Sequence record: NC_047822.1
Length of the DNA stretch: 64,000 nucleotides
Source: Escherichia phage phiLLS
Direction: 5' to 3' (one strand)
Below are positions 54,843-64,000 of the stretch, piece by piece; position 1 is the first letter of the stretch, and each line of letters starts with the position of its first letter. The notes under the pieces were generated by a model that saw nothing but the letters and a program-made list of their open reading frames with translations, made no database searches and had not been told where the DNA came from. The position numbers were made by a program, and so were the translations under genes.

Positions 54843-56158
54843 TGGAAGTATCAAGACCCTATGTTAATACAGTAGATGTTATTGATTTCGGAATAGATAA
54901 GCGTTTCTTTCGTCTACCTGTTTCAGGAATACTAGCGCAAGAAGGTATTACACCTAATGGTCCTCAAATAGCAATTATCAATGCCCTAGAAGACCCTAGA
55001 CATCGTTTTGTAACGGCGTGTGTATCACGCCGTGTAGGTAAATCTTTTATAGCATATACACTTGGGTTCCTAAAATTGCTGGAACCTAATGTGAAGGTGC
55101 TAGTAGTTGCCCCTAACTACTCACTGGCCAATATCGGATGGTCTCAGATTCGTGGTCTTATTAAGAAGTACGGTCTACAAACCGAACGTGAAAACGCTAA
55201 AGATAAAGAGATTGAGTTAGCTAATGGTTCTCTATTTAAACTAGCTTCCGCGGCTCAGGCTGACTCCGCAGTTGGACGTTCATATGATTTTATCATCTTT
55301 GACGAGGCGGCAATTTCCGATGTGGGTGGTGATGCCTTTAGGGTTCAGCTGCGCCCTACTCTAGATAAACCTAATTCTAAGGCTCTATTTATTTCCACCC
55401 CTCGTGGAGGTAACTGGTTTAAAGAGTTTTATGCCTACGGATTTGATGATACGTTGCCTAACTGGGTATCTATTCATGGTACATACCGTGATAACCCTCG
55501 TGCTGACCTGAATGACATTGAGGAAGCACGTCGTACGGTTAGTAAAAACTACTTCCGCCAAGAATACGAGGCTGACTTCTCTGTATTCGAAGGACAGATA
55601 TTTGATACTTTCAATGCTATCGATCATGTTAAAGACCTCAAAGGTATGCGCCACTTCTTTAAAGATGATGAAGCATTCGAAACGTTGCTGGGTATTGACG
55701 TTGGTTATCGTGATCCTACAGCAGTTCTCACTATTAAATATCATTACGATACGGATACTTACTATGTATTAGAAGAGTACCAGCAGGCGGAGAAAACTAC
55801 AGCTCAGCATGCTGCTTATATTCAGCATTGTATAGATCGTTATAATGTTGATCGTATTTTTGTTGACTCTGCAGCAGCTCAGTTCCGCCAGGACTTAGCT
55901 TATGAGCATGAAATTGCCTCAGCTCCAGCCAAAAAATCTGTCCTAGATGGCCTAGCATGTCTGCAAGCACTGTTCCAACAGGGCAAGATTATTGTAGATG
56001 CCTCATGTTCCTCCTTAATTCATGCATTGCAGAATTATAAGTGGGACTTCCAAGAAGGTGAAGAGAAATTATCACGTGAAAAACCACGTCATGATGCTAA
56101 CTCTCACCTTTGTGATGCGCTGCGCTATGGAATTTACTCTATTTCCCGTGGTAAATAA
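54842..56158 (+). CDS. Terminase large subunit
   Basis: Walker A SRRVGKSF and Walker B DFIIFDEAA, then nuclease-like C-terminus. Confidence 0.8.
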   Translation: MEVSRPYVNTVDVIDFGIDKRFFRLPVSGILAQEGITPNGPQIAIINALEDPRHRFVTACVSRRVGKSFIAYTLGFLKLLEPNVKVLVVAPNYSLANIGWSQIRGLIKKYGLQTERENAKDKEIELANGSLFKLASAAQADSAVGRSYDFIIFDEAAISDVGGDAFRVQLRPTLDKPNSKALFISTPRGGNWFKEFYAYGFDDTLPNWVSIHGTYRDNPRADLNDIEEARRTVSKNYFRQEYEADFSVFEGQIFDTFNAIDHVKDLKGMRHFFKDDEAFETLLGIDVGYRDPTAVLTIKYHYDTDTYYVLEEYQQAEKTTAQHAAYIQHCIDRYNVDRIFVDSAAAQFRQDLAYEHEIASAPAKKSVLDGLACLQALFQQGKIIVDASCSSLIHALQNYKWDFQEGEEKLSREKPRHDANSHLCDALRYGIYSISRGK

Positions 56159-56272
56159 ATAAATATAGGATGGGATACTACTCAGTTGGTATCCCATTCC
56201 TGTATTTTAAAATCCCCTTTACAAATTCGATACGATTATGTATACTATATTCATACAGTTGAGGAGAACACT

Positions 56273-56710
56273 ATGGCAAGCAATATAAAATATAAACGCG
56301 ATGCTATATCCCTTATGAGAGACGGAATAAAAAGTCAATATAAAAAAGACTCTCAATGTGCTATCTGCGGTTGTGCTGAAGAATTAGAGCTTCATCATTA
56401 CCATACGGTGTCTCTACTAGTTAAAAAATTTGCTAAAGAACTCCAATTGGATTTCACTGACGAAGAAACAGTCCTTTCAAATAGGACGGCATTCTATGAT
56501 CGATATAGGCATGAGCTAGTAGAAGACACTGTTACCCTCTGTGTACACCATCACCAATTATTACATAAGGTTTACACAAAAGAACCTCCTTTATTTTCTG
56601 CTAATAAGCAAAAAGTGTGGGTTCAAAAGCAGAAAGACAAATTACAGAATCCTCAAGAAAAGACACAAGTCAAGACTGAAACAAAATCAGGATTCGCAAG
56701 GTTCTTATAA
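56273..56710 (+). CDS. HNH endonuclease (packaging-associated)
   Basis: Cys/His zinc motifs CAICGC...HHYH...CVHHHQLLH; ATG at 56273 with GAGGAG RBS. Confidence 0.55.
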   Translation: MASNIKYKRDAISLMRDGIKSQYKKDSQCAICGCAEELELHHYHTVSLLVKKFAKELQLDFTDEETVLSNRTAFYDRYRHELVEDTVTLCVHHHQLLHKVYTKEPPLFSANKQKVWVQKQKDKLQNPQEKTQVKTETKSGFARFL

Positions 56711-57927
56711 TGGGTTTTAAAAGCTGGATTACTGAAAAGCTAAATCCGGGTCAACGTATTATAAGAGACATGGAACCAGTTAGTCATCGCACTAACCGTA
56801 AGCCTTTTACCACTGGACAAGCCTACAGTAAAATTGAGATTCTCAATAGAACTGCTAATATGGTTATAGATAGTGCGGCGGAGTGTTCTTATACTGTCGG
56901 AGATAAATATAATATTGTTACGTACGCTAATGGCGTCAAAACAAAGACTCTAGACACTCTCTTAAATGTACGACCTAATCCATTCATGGATATAAGCACA
57001 TTCCGTAGACTTGTAGTCACTGACCTACTTTTTGAAGGTTGTGCATACATCTATTGGGATGGCACATCGCTTTACCACGTCCCGGCTGCTCTTATGCAGG
57101 TCGAGGCAGATGCCAATAAGTTTATCAAAAAATTTATATTTAATAATCAGATAGACTATCGCGTAGATGAGATTATCTTTATAAAGGATAACAGTTACGT
57201 GTGTGGCACAAATTCTCAAATTTCTGGACAATCTCGTGTTGCTACTGTTATTGATTCTCTTGAGAAGCGTTCTAAGATGCTTAACTTTAAAGAGAAATTC
57301 CTCGATAACGGAACCGTGATTGGTCTTATTCTTGAAACGGATGAAATCCTGAACAAGAAATTGCGTGAGCGTAAACAAGAAGAATTACAACTCGATTATA
57401 ATCCTAGTACTGGTCAGTCTTCTGTCCTGATTCTAGATGGTGGTATGAAAGCTAAACCGTACTCCCAAATATCCTCTTTTAAAGATCTAGACTTTAAGGA
57501 AGACATCGAAGGATTTAATAAATCTATTTGTCTAGCCTTTGGAGTTCCGCAAGTACTGCTTGATGGTGGTAATAATGCGAATATTCGACCAAACATCGAA
57601 TTGTTTTATTATATGACTATCATTCCTATGCTGAACAAACTGACTAGTTCTCTTACTTTCTTTTTTGGTTATAAGATTACTCCTAATACTAAGGAGGTAG
57701 CTGCATTAACACCAGATAAAGAAGCTGAGGCTAAACATTTAACCTCATTGGTTAATAATGGTATTATGACTGGTAACGAAGCTCGTTTAGAGCTGAACCT
57801 TGAACCTTTAGATGATGAGCAGATGGATAGGATTCGTATTCCTGCTAACGTTGCTGGTTCTGCAACAGGTGTATCTGGTCAAGAAGGTGGTAGACCTCAA
57901 GGTTCCACCGAGGGAGATAAAGAATGA
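56710..57927 (+). CDS. Portal protein
   Basis: 405 aa between terminase and prohead protease. Confidence 0.6.
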   Translation: MGFKSWITEKLNPGQRIIRDMEPVSHRTNRKPFTTGQAYSKIEILNRTANMVIDSAAECSYTVGDKYNIVTYANGVKTKTLDTLLNVRPNPFMDISTFRRLVVTDLLFEGCAYIYWDGTSLYHVPAALMQVEADANKFIKKFIFNNQIDYRVDEIIFIKDNSYVCGTNSQISGQSRVATVIDSLEKRSKMLNFKEKFLDNGTVIGLILETDEILNKKLRERKQEELQLDYNPSTGQSSVLILDGGMKAKPYSQISSFKDLDFKEDIEGFNKSICLAFGVPQVLLDGGNNANIRPNIELFYYMTIIPMLNKLTSSLTFFFGYKITPNTKEVAALTPDKEAEAKHLTSLVNNGIMTGNEARLELNLEPLDDEQMDRIRIPANVAGSATGVSGQEGGRPQGSTEGDKE

Positions 57928-58418
57928 TTGATTATAATGGTCTAAAGACCATTTTTGGTGAAAAACTGCCAGAATCTCATATCTTCTTTGCTACGGTTGC
58001 TGCGCATAAATATGTTCCTAGCTATGCTTTTCTGCGTAGAGAACTAGGGCTTTCATCTGCGCATACTAACCGTAAAGTATGGAAGAAATTTGTAGAGGCT
58101 TATGGTAAAGCAGTTCCTCCTGCTCCACCGGCTCCACCATTAACTCTTTCTAAAGATTTAACTGCTAGCATGTCAGTTGAAGAGGGAGCAGCATTAACAC
58201 TTTCTGTTACTGCAACTGGTGGTACTGGTCCATATACCTATGCATGGACTAAAGATGGTTCTCCTATTCCTGGTGCTTCAGGAGCTACCTATACTAAGCC
58301 TGCAGCAGCTACGGAGGATTCTGGAGCCTATAAAGTAACTGTGACAGATAGTAAGCAAGTAAGCAAGGACTCTACTACATGTGCTGTGACAGTTAATCCT
58401 ACTGTTCCTGGAGGCTAA
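57924..58418 (+). CDS. Capsid decoration protein with Ig-like domain (pb10-like)
   Basis: 164 aa; C-terminal Ig-like segment LTLSVTATGGTGPYTYAWTKDG. Confidence 0.5.
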   Translation: MIDYNGLKTIFGEKLPESHIFFATVAAHKYVPSYAFLRRELGLSSAHTNRKVWKKFVEAYGKAVPPAPPAPPLTLSKDLTASMSVEEGAALTLSVTATGGTGPYTYAWTKDGSPIPGASGATYTKPAAATEDSGAYKVTVTDSKQVSKDSTTCAVTVNPTVPGG

Positions 58419-58421
58419 TAA

Positions 58422-59054
58422 ATGACACAAGCTGCTATTGACTATAACAAGTTAAAATCAGCACCCGTTCATTTAGATGCTTATATTAAATCTATTGATA
58501 GCGAATCCAAAGAAGGTGTTGTAAAAATCCGCGGATTCGCTAATACAATTAGTAAAGATCGCGCTGGCGATGTAATCCCTGCTTCCGCATGGAAAACATC
58601 TAATGCACTTACTAACTATATGAAAAACCCGATTATTCTTTTTGGACACGATCATCGTCGTCCAATCGGTAAGTGTATTGATCTTAACCCTACTGAAATG
58701 GGTCTCGAAATCGAATGCGAGATCTATGAAAGTTCTGACCCGGCTATCTTTTCACTAATTAAAAACGGTGTACTGAAAACTTTTAGTATCGGATTCCGCT
58801 GCCTAGATGCAGAGTGGGATGAAGCTACTGATATATTTATTATTAAAGATTTAGAACTATACGAAGTTTCGGTAGTTTCTGTACCTTGTAATCAGGACTC
58901 AACGTTCAATCTCGCTAAGAGCATGAATGGTCATGATTATACTGAATGGCGTAAATCTTTTACTGCAATAAGTTCTAAAGCTGTCCCAGCTCAAGAACGT
59001 AATCTTTCTGAACTAGAAAAACTTGCGATAGCTTTAGGCTACGTTAAAGAATAA
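58422..59054 (+). CDS. Prohead protease (HK97-family)
   Basis: 210 aa immediately upstream of the major capsid gene. Confidence 0.6.
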   Translation: MTQAAIDYNKLKSAPVHLDAYIKSIDSESKEGVVKIRGFANTISKDRAGDVIPASAWKTSNALTNYMKNPIILFGHDHRRPIGKCIDLNPTEMGLEIECEIYESSDPAIFSLIKNGVLKTFSIGFRCLDAEWDEATDIFIIKDLELYEVSVVSVPCNQDSTFNLAKSMNGHDYTEWRKSFTAISSKAVPAQERNLSELEKLAIALGYVKE

Positions 59055-59071
59055 CGGAGAATTATTTAAAA

Positions 59072-60448
59072 ATGACTATTGATATTAATAAGCTGAAAGA
59101 AGAACTTGGTCTGGGTGATCTGGCTAAATCTCTGGAAGGTCTGACCGCTGCTCAGAAAGCTCAGGAAGCTGAACGTATGCGTAAAGAGCAGGAAGAAAAA
59201 GAACTGGCTCGTATGAATGACCTGGTTTCTAAAGCAGTTGGCGAAGATCGTAAGCGTCTGGAAGAGGCTCTGGATCTGGTTAAGTCTCTGGATGAGAAAT
59301 CTAAGAAGAGCGCAGAACTGTTTGCACAAACTGTAGAAAAACAACAGGAAACTATTGTTGGTCTTCAGGATGAAATTAAATCTCTGCTGACAGCTCGTGA
59401 AGGTCGTTCCTTCGTTGGTGATAGTGTTGCTAAAGCACTGTACGGTACTCAGGAAAACTTTGAAGATGAAGTTGAAAAACTGGTTCTGTTATCTTATGTA
59501 ATGGAAAAGGGCGTATTCGAGACCGAACACGGTCAAAAACACCTGAAAGCAGTGAATCAGTCTTCTTCTGTAGAAGTTTCTAGTGAAAGCTATGAAACTA
59601 TTTTCTCTCAGCGTATTATCCGTGACCTGCAGAAAGAGCTTGTAGTTGGCGCACTGTTCGAAGAACTGCCGATGTCCAGTAAGATTCTTACTATGCTGGT
59701 TGAACCGGATGCTGGTAAAGCTACTTGGGTTGCTGCTTCTACTTATGGTACTGATGCAACTACTGGTGATGAAGTTAAAGGTGCTCTTAAAGAAATCCAC
59801 TTCAGTACTTACAAACTGGCTGCTAAGTCCTTCATTACTGATGAAACTGAAGAAGATGCAATCTTCTCCCTGCTGCCACTGCTTCGTAAGCGTCTGATCG
59901 AAGCACACGCTGTTTCTATTGAAGAAGCCTTCATGACTGGTGATGGTTCCGGTAAACCGAAAGGTCTGCTGACTCTTGCTAGTGAAGATAGTGCTAAAGT
60001 TATTACTGAAGCTAAAGCTGATGGTTCCGTACTGGTAACTGCTAAAACTATCTCTAAATTGCGTCGTAAACTGGGCCGTCATGGTCTGAAACTGAGCAAA
60101 CTGGTACTGATTGTATCTATGGATGCTTACTATGATCTGCTGGAAGATGAAGAATGGCAGGATGTTGCCCAAGTTGGTAATGATGCTGTTAAACTGCAGG
60201 GTCAGGTTGGTCGTATTTATGGTCTGCCGGTTGTAGTTTCTGAGTATTTCCCAGCTAAAGCTACTTCCGCAGAGTTCGCAGTTATTGTTTATAAAGATAA
60301 CTTCGTAATGCCACGCCAGCGTGCTGTTACTGTTGAACGTGAGCGCCAAGCTGGTAAACAGCGTGACGCATACTACGTTACTCAGCGTGTTAACCTGCAA
60401 CGTTACTTTGCAAATGGCGTTGTATCTGGTGCTTACGCTGCATCTTAA
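59072..60448 (+). CDS. Major capsid protein precursor with N-terminal scaffolding domain
   Basis: 458 aa; N-terminal coiled coil then HK97-like fold; high-expression codon usage; strong terminator follows. Confidence 0.75.
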   Translation: MTIDINKLKEELGLGDLAKSLEGLTAAQKAQEAERMRKEQEEKELARMNDLVSKAVGEDRKRLEEALDLVKSLDEKSKKSAELFAQTVEKQQETIVGLQDEIKSLLTAREGRSFVGDSVAKALYGTQENFEDEVEKLVLLSYVMEKGVFETEHGQKHLKAVNQSSSVEVSSESYETIFSQRIIRDLQKELVVGALFEELPMSSKILTMLVEPDAGKATWVAASTYGTDATTGDEVKGALKEIHFSTYKLAAKSFITDETEEDAIFSLLPLLRKRLIEAHAVSIEEAFMTGDGSGKPKGLLTLASEDSAKVITEAKADGSVLVTAKTISKLRRKLGRHGLKLSKLVLIVSMDAYYDLLEDEEWQDVAQVGNDAVKLQGQVGRIYGLPVVVSEYFPAKATSAEFAVIVYKDNFVMPRQRAVTVERERQAGKQRDAYYVTQRVNLQRYFANGVVSGAYAAS

Positions 60449-60467
60449 TACAGGCTTTTCAGCCGAT

Positions 60468-60494
60468 AAGGAGAGCTTCGGCTCTCCTTTTTTA
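60468..60494 (+). terminator. Rho-independent terminator after the major capsid gene
   Basis: Hairpin aaggagagcttcggctctcctt followed by TTTTTT. Confidence 0.75.
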
Positions 60495-60507
60495 TTGGGA
60501 AAAATAA

Positions 60508-61020
60508 ATGCAAATAATCACAGCTGAAGACTATAGATTATATGGTGGGTTAAAACGACCTGAACTAGAATCTGGAGTAGAGATGATGATTACTGCTGCC
60601 AATGCGCTGATTACTAGCCTTTTAGGTATGGATGATGCTGATGCGGTAGACCAGTTAATCAATACAAAACCTACTCGTAAAAAATACTTCTTAAGTTCTC
60701 CCTCGGCTACTTCAGTAACCAAAATGACTATTAACGACAAGGAGATAGATCCAGAACAATATAAGTTGTATTCTGATGGGGTTATACTTCTTAAATTTAA
60801 TCCCCCAGAAGGTTATATGGATGTAGAATACACACAAGGTGGATTTAATCCAATACCTGAGGATCTCAAACTTGCAGCATGTATGCTAGTAGATCATTGG
60901 CATAAACAGGATTACCGTCAAGCTAAAACAATTGGCGGAGAAACAGTTACTTTTAATAATACTAAGTCTGGTATTCCAGAGCATATTCGTACTATTATTG
61001 AAGTTTACAGGAGAGTATAA
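60508..61020 (+). CDS. Putative head completion / head-tail adaptor protein
   Basis: 170-aa ORF directly after the capsid gene; position-based. Confidence 0.4.
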   Translation: MQIITAEDYRLYGGLKRPELESGVEMMITAANALITSLLGMDDADAVDQLINTKPTRKKYFLSSPSATSVTKMTINDKEIDPEQYKLYSDGVILLKFNPPEGYMDVEYTQGGFNPIPEDLKLAACMLVDHWHKQDYRQAKTIGGETVTFNNTKSGIPEHIRTIIEVYRRV

Positions 61021-61787
61021 TGTCTCTTTCTGATTTAGCTACACAAATTATTAAGGAGCAGCTAGATAATGTTGGGCGTTCCGAGAACAATAAGAATACT
61101 GTTGTATATTCTGTTGAAACAGGACTGAAAGATCCTACTAGAGATGGTACTGTTGCTCAGGTATCTTTTAAATTCTCAAAACCTGTATCCCAAGATCTCC
61201 TTAATGTTAGGACCGCTTCTATTCTAAAAGCAGTTTCTTCTAGCTTAGATCTAACAGGAGATTTAGGTGCTCTAGAGAATTTAATACAAGCAACCGCTGG
61301 TAAAAAATCTGCTGTAGGTAAAAAACGTTCTACTGGTAGAGTTCAAGTAAACTTTGGGGATCCTAGAGACGTAGAAGATGGATATTCTGGTGCAGTAACA
61401 GGTGCTTCTGGTCGTTTTGTATCAAATAGTAATATGAAGGTTATTCTGGAGTTGGTTGCTAAAGAATACTTAATAAAGGATATGAAAAAAGCAGGAGCTC
61501 CACTTAAATTTAGAACAGGTCGTTTTGCAAACTCTCTAAAAGTTAAAGATGTTATGCTTAGAGATGCTGGAACTAGCAAAGGTGCTCCGGAATTAAACGT
61601 TACATATAATTATATGGTACGTCCATATTCAGTATTTAATCCTGCAGTATCTACATATCGAAGATTGTCACTACGACCCTACCCAGGTGCTAGAAACCCT
61701 CAAAGACTAATTGGAGAGGCGATAGCTAAAGCTGCAAGAGACTTAATTCACTCCAGATACAAAATTAAGGTTAATCAAGGAACCTAA
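61020..61787 (+). CDS. Hypothetical structural protein
   Basis: 255-aa ORF in the structural module. Confidence 0.45.
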   Translation: MSLSDLATQIIKEQLDNVGRSENNKNTVVYSVETGLKDPTRDGTVAQVSFKFSKPVSQDLLNVRTASILKAVSSSLDLTGDLGALENLIQATAGKKSAVGKKRSTGRVQVNFGDPRDVEDGYSGAVTGASGRFVSNSNMKVILELVAKEYLIKDMKKAGAPLKFRTGRFANSLKVKDVMLRDAGTSKGAPELNVTYNYMVRPYSVFNPAVSTYRRLSLRPYPGARNPQRLIGEAIAKAARDLIHSRYKIKVNQGT

Positions 61788-61790
61788 TAA

Positions 61791-62276
61791 ATGGATCACA
61801 GAACAAGTATAGCACAAGCTCTGGTTGATCGAATAGCCAAACAAATGGATGGCTCTCAACCAGATGAATATTTTAATAACTTGTATGGAAACGTCTCACG
61901 TCAAACTTATAAGTTTGAGGAGATACGAGAGTTTCCTTATGTTGCAGTTCATATCGGAACTGAAACTGGGCAGTATCTTCCCTCAGGTCAACAGTGGATG
62001 TTTTTAGAACTTCCTATCCTGGTGTATGATAAAGAGAAAACAGACATTCAAGAGCAACTTGAAAAACTCGTAGCGGATATAAAAACCGTTATTGACACAG
62101 GTGGAAATTTAGAATATACTGTTAGTAAACCTAATGGATCGACCTTCCCATGTGAGGCGACTGATATGAGCATTACATCAGTTAGTACAGATGAGGGTCT
62201 ACTGGCCCCATATGGTTTAGCAGAAATAAATGTAACAGTGAGGTATCAGCCTCCACGTAGGTCACTTCGCAGATAA
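61791..62276 (+). CDS. Hypothetical structural protein
   Basis: 161-aa ORF in the structural module. Confidence 0.45.
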   Translation: MDHRTSIAQALVDRIAKQMDGSQPDEYFNNLYGNVSRQTYKFEEIREFPYVAVHIGTETGQYLPSGQQWMFLELPILVYDKEKTDIQEQLEKLVADIKTVIDTGGNLEYTVSKPNGSTFPCEATDMSITSVSTDEGLLAPYGLAEINVTVRYQPPRRSLRR

Positions 62277-62302
62277 GTTACAGATTAGGAGAAAATAATT
62301 AA

Positions 62303-63709
62303 ATGTCTTTACAACTATTACGTAATACTCGAATCTTCGTGTCTACGGTTAAGACTGGTCACGATAAGACCAACACGCAAGAGATTCTAGTTCAGGATGA
62401 TATTTCTTGGGGTCAGGACAGTAACTCAACAGATATTACTGTTAACGAAGCTGGTCCGCGTCCTACTCGTGGTTCTAAACGTTTTAACGATTCCTTGAAT
62501 GCAGCTGAGTGGAGCTTCTCCACCTATATCCTGCCATACATGGATAAAACTACTAGCAAACAAATTGTTCCTGACTATATGTTATGGCATGCACTTTCTA
62601 GTGGTAAAGCTATTAACCTTGATGGAGATACTGGAGCACATAATAATGCTACTAACTTCATGGTTAACTTCAAAGATAACGCATATCACGAACTGGCTAT
62701 GCTGCATATTTACATTCTAACTGACAATGCGTGGAGTTACATTGACTCTTGCCAGATCAACCAGGCAGAAGTTAACGTTGATATTGAAGATATTGGTCGT
62801 GTAACTTGGTCTGGTAACGGTAATCAGCTCATTCCGTTAGATAGCCAACCATTTGACCCTGATGCATTAGGTATTGATGATGAAACTTATATGACTATTC
62901 AGAGTTCTTACATTAAGAACAAGTTAACTATCCTAAAAATTAAGGATATGGATTCTGATAAGGCATATGATATTCCTATTACTGGTGGTACTTTTACCAT
63001 TAATAACAACATCACGTACCTAACCCCGAATATTATGTCACGTGTAAATATTCCAATCGGCTCATTTACGGGTGCGTTTGAGTTAACGGGTTCTTTGACA
63101 GCTTACCTTAATGATAAGTCTCTTGGTTCTATGGAACTGTACAAAGATCTGATTAAAACCCTTAAGGTAGTTAACCGTTTTGAAATCGCACTTATTTTGG
63201 GTGGAGAATATGACGAGGAACGTCCGGCAGCTGTGTTAGTTGCTAAACAGGCGCACGTTAATATCCCTACTATTGAGACTGATGATGTACTTGGTACTTC
63301 AGTAGAGTTTAAAGCTATTCCTACTGATTTGGATACTGGTGACGAAGGTTATCTTGGATTTTCTAACAAGTATACAAAAACTACTGTGGCTAATCTGATT
63401 GCTACGGGGGATGGTGCTAAAACTCCTCCAGTTCCCGTTAAATCCATTACAGTTAAGTCGGCAGGTGAGGCTGTTTCTGTAACAAATAGTAATACTTTAC
63501 AGATGTCTGTTGAGGTAACACCTTCAGAAGCTACTAATAAGGCTGTAACTTGGTCTATTTCTAGTGGTAACGCAGCTACAATTGATGCAGAATCTGGGTT
63601 ATTAACAGCTGATGCCTCTAAAACTGGTGCAGTTACTGTGAAGGCTGTAGCTAAAGATGGTTCTGGTGTAGAAGGTACTAAAACTATCACAGTTAGTGCT
63701 GGTGGTTAA
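62303..63709 (+). CDS. Major tail tube protein with C-terminal Ig-like (Big_2) domain
   Basis: 468 aa; C-terminal VKSITVKSAGEAVSV...VTWSISSGNAATIDAESGLLTA is Big_2-like. Confidence 0.6.
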   Translation: MSLQLLRNTRIFVSTVKTGHDKTNTQEILVQDDISWGQDSNSTDITVNEAGPRPTRGSKRFNDSLNAAEWSFSTYILPYMDKTTSKQIVPDYMLWHALSSGKAINLDGDTGAHNNATNFMVNFKDNAYHELAMLHIYILTDNAWSYIDSCQINQAEVNVDIEDIGRVTWSGNGNQLIPLDSQPFDPDALGIDDETYMTIQSSYIKNKLTILKIKDMDSDKAYDIPITGGTFTINNNITYLTPNIMSRVNIPIGSFTGAFELTGSLTAYLNDKSLGSMELYKDLIKTLKVVNRFEIALILGGEYDEERPAAVLVAKQAHVNIPTIETDDVLGTSVEFKAIPTDLDTGDEGYLGFSNKYTKTTVANLIATGDGAKTPPVPVKSITVKSAGEAVSVTNSNTLQMSVEVTPSEATNKAVTWSISSGNAATIDAESGLLTADASKTGAVTVKAVAKDGSGVEGTKTITVSAGG

Positions 63710-63713
63710 ATAA

Positions 63714-64000
63714 ATGTACTACTCTCTAATGCGAGAGTCAAAAGTTATAGTTGAGTATGATGGTAGGGCATTTCATTTTGATGCCCTATCAAACTATGAT
63801 ATACAGACTTCCTACGAGGAATTCAAGACTCTTCGTAGGACTGTTCATCGTAGAACTAACTATGCAGACTCTATTATAAATGCTCAAACCCCCTCTTCTA
63901 TCTCTCTAGCAATAAATTTCAGTAATACTCTTACAGAGGCTAACTTCTTTGAATGGTTAGGTTTTGATAGAAAAGGTAATACTTTCTTACTCCCACTATA
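63714..64000 (+). CDS. Structural protein, N-terminal part (runs off window end)
   Basis: ATG at 63714 after the tail tube stop; frame open to window end. Confidence 0.45.
   Translation, partial: MYYSLMRESKVIVEYDGRAFHFDALSNYDIQTSYEEFKTLRRTVHRRTNYADSIINAQTPSSISLAINFSNTLTEANFFEWLGFDRKGNTFLLPL

Noticed and set aside
59489-60400. Minus-strand 303-aa ORF antisense to the major capsid gene
   Set aside because: Lies entirely within the capsid CDS, has a Phe/Ser/Asn-rich nonsense-like translation, and the capsid frame has strong coding signal.

Overview
This window reads as one contiguous stretch of a T5-like (Demerecviridae-type) virulent siphophage genome, almost entirely coding on the + strand. 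Left to right: (1) an early nucleotide-metabolism block (C-terminal part of nrdA, nrdB, dihydrofolate reductase, thymidylate synthase, RNase H) interrupted by HNH homing endonucleases; (2) many small early genes, each behind a stereotyped promoter (-35 TTGCTT/TTGCTA, 17-bp spacer, -10 TATAAT, A-rich upstream); (3) a large tRNA cluster (about 25 hand-folded tRNAs, 12.1-24.0 kb) interleaved with small ORFs, an HNH gene, a T5orf172/GIY-YIG-like gene and several tRNA-like or structured non-coding stretches; (4) lysis and metabolism genes (spanin-like pair, dNMP kinase, ClpP-like protease, T-type holin, L-Ala-D-Glu peptidase endolysin, Ser/Thr phosphatase); (5) a roughly 5-kb repeat-dense, mostly non-coding region (41.4-46.8 kb) with direct-repeat arrays, Fur-box-like palindromes, DnaA-box-like motifs and a 41-bp inverted repeat bracketing a 3-kb minus-strand cassette of unknown genes; (6) pre-early-type genes (A2-like, A1-like metallophosphatase nuclease, dmp-like HAD nucleotidase); (7) a divergent lipoprotein (Llp-like) / receptor-binding-protein pair followed by terminase, portal, decoration protein, prohead protease, major capsid and tail tube genes. 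No CRISPR array, rRNA or integrase was seen. All calls come from reading the sequence and the ORF translations by eye: no database search or tRNA-finding program was run, so tRNA isotypes and many product names are provisional. The most unusual part is the 41.4-46.8 kb repeat region with its inverted-repeat-bounded cassette; whether it is novel or simply the known T5-type injection-stop/terminal-repeat architecture cannot be decided without comparison to reference genomes.
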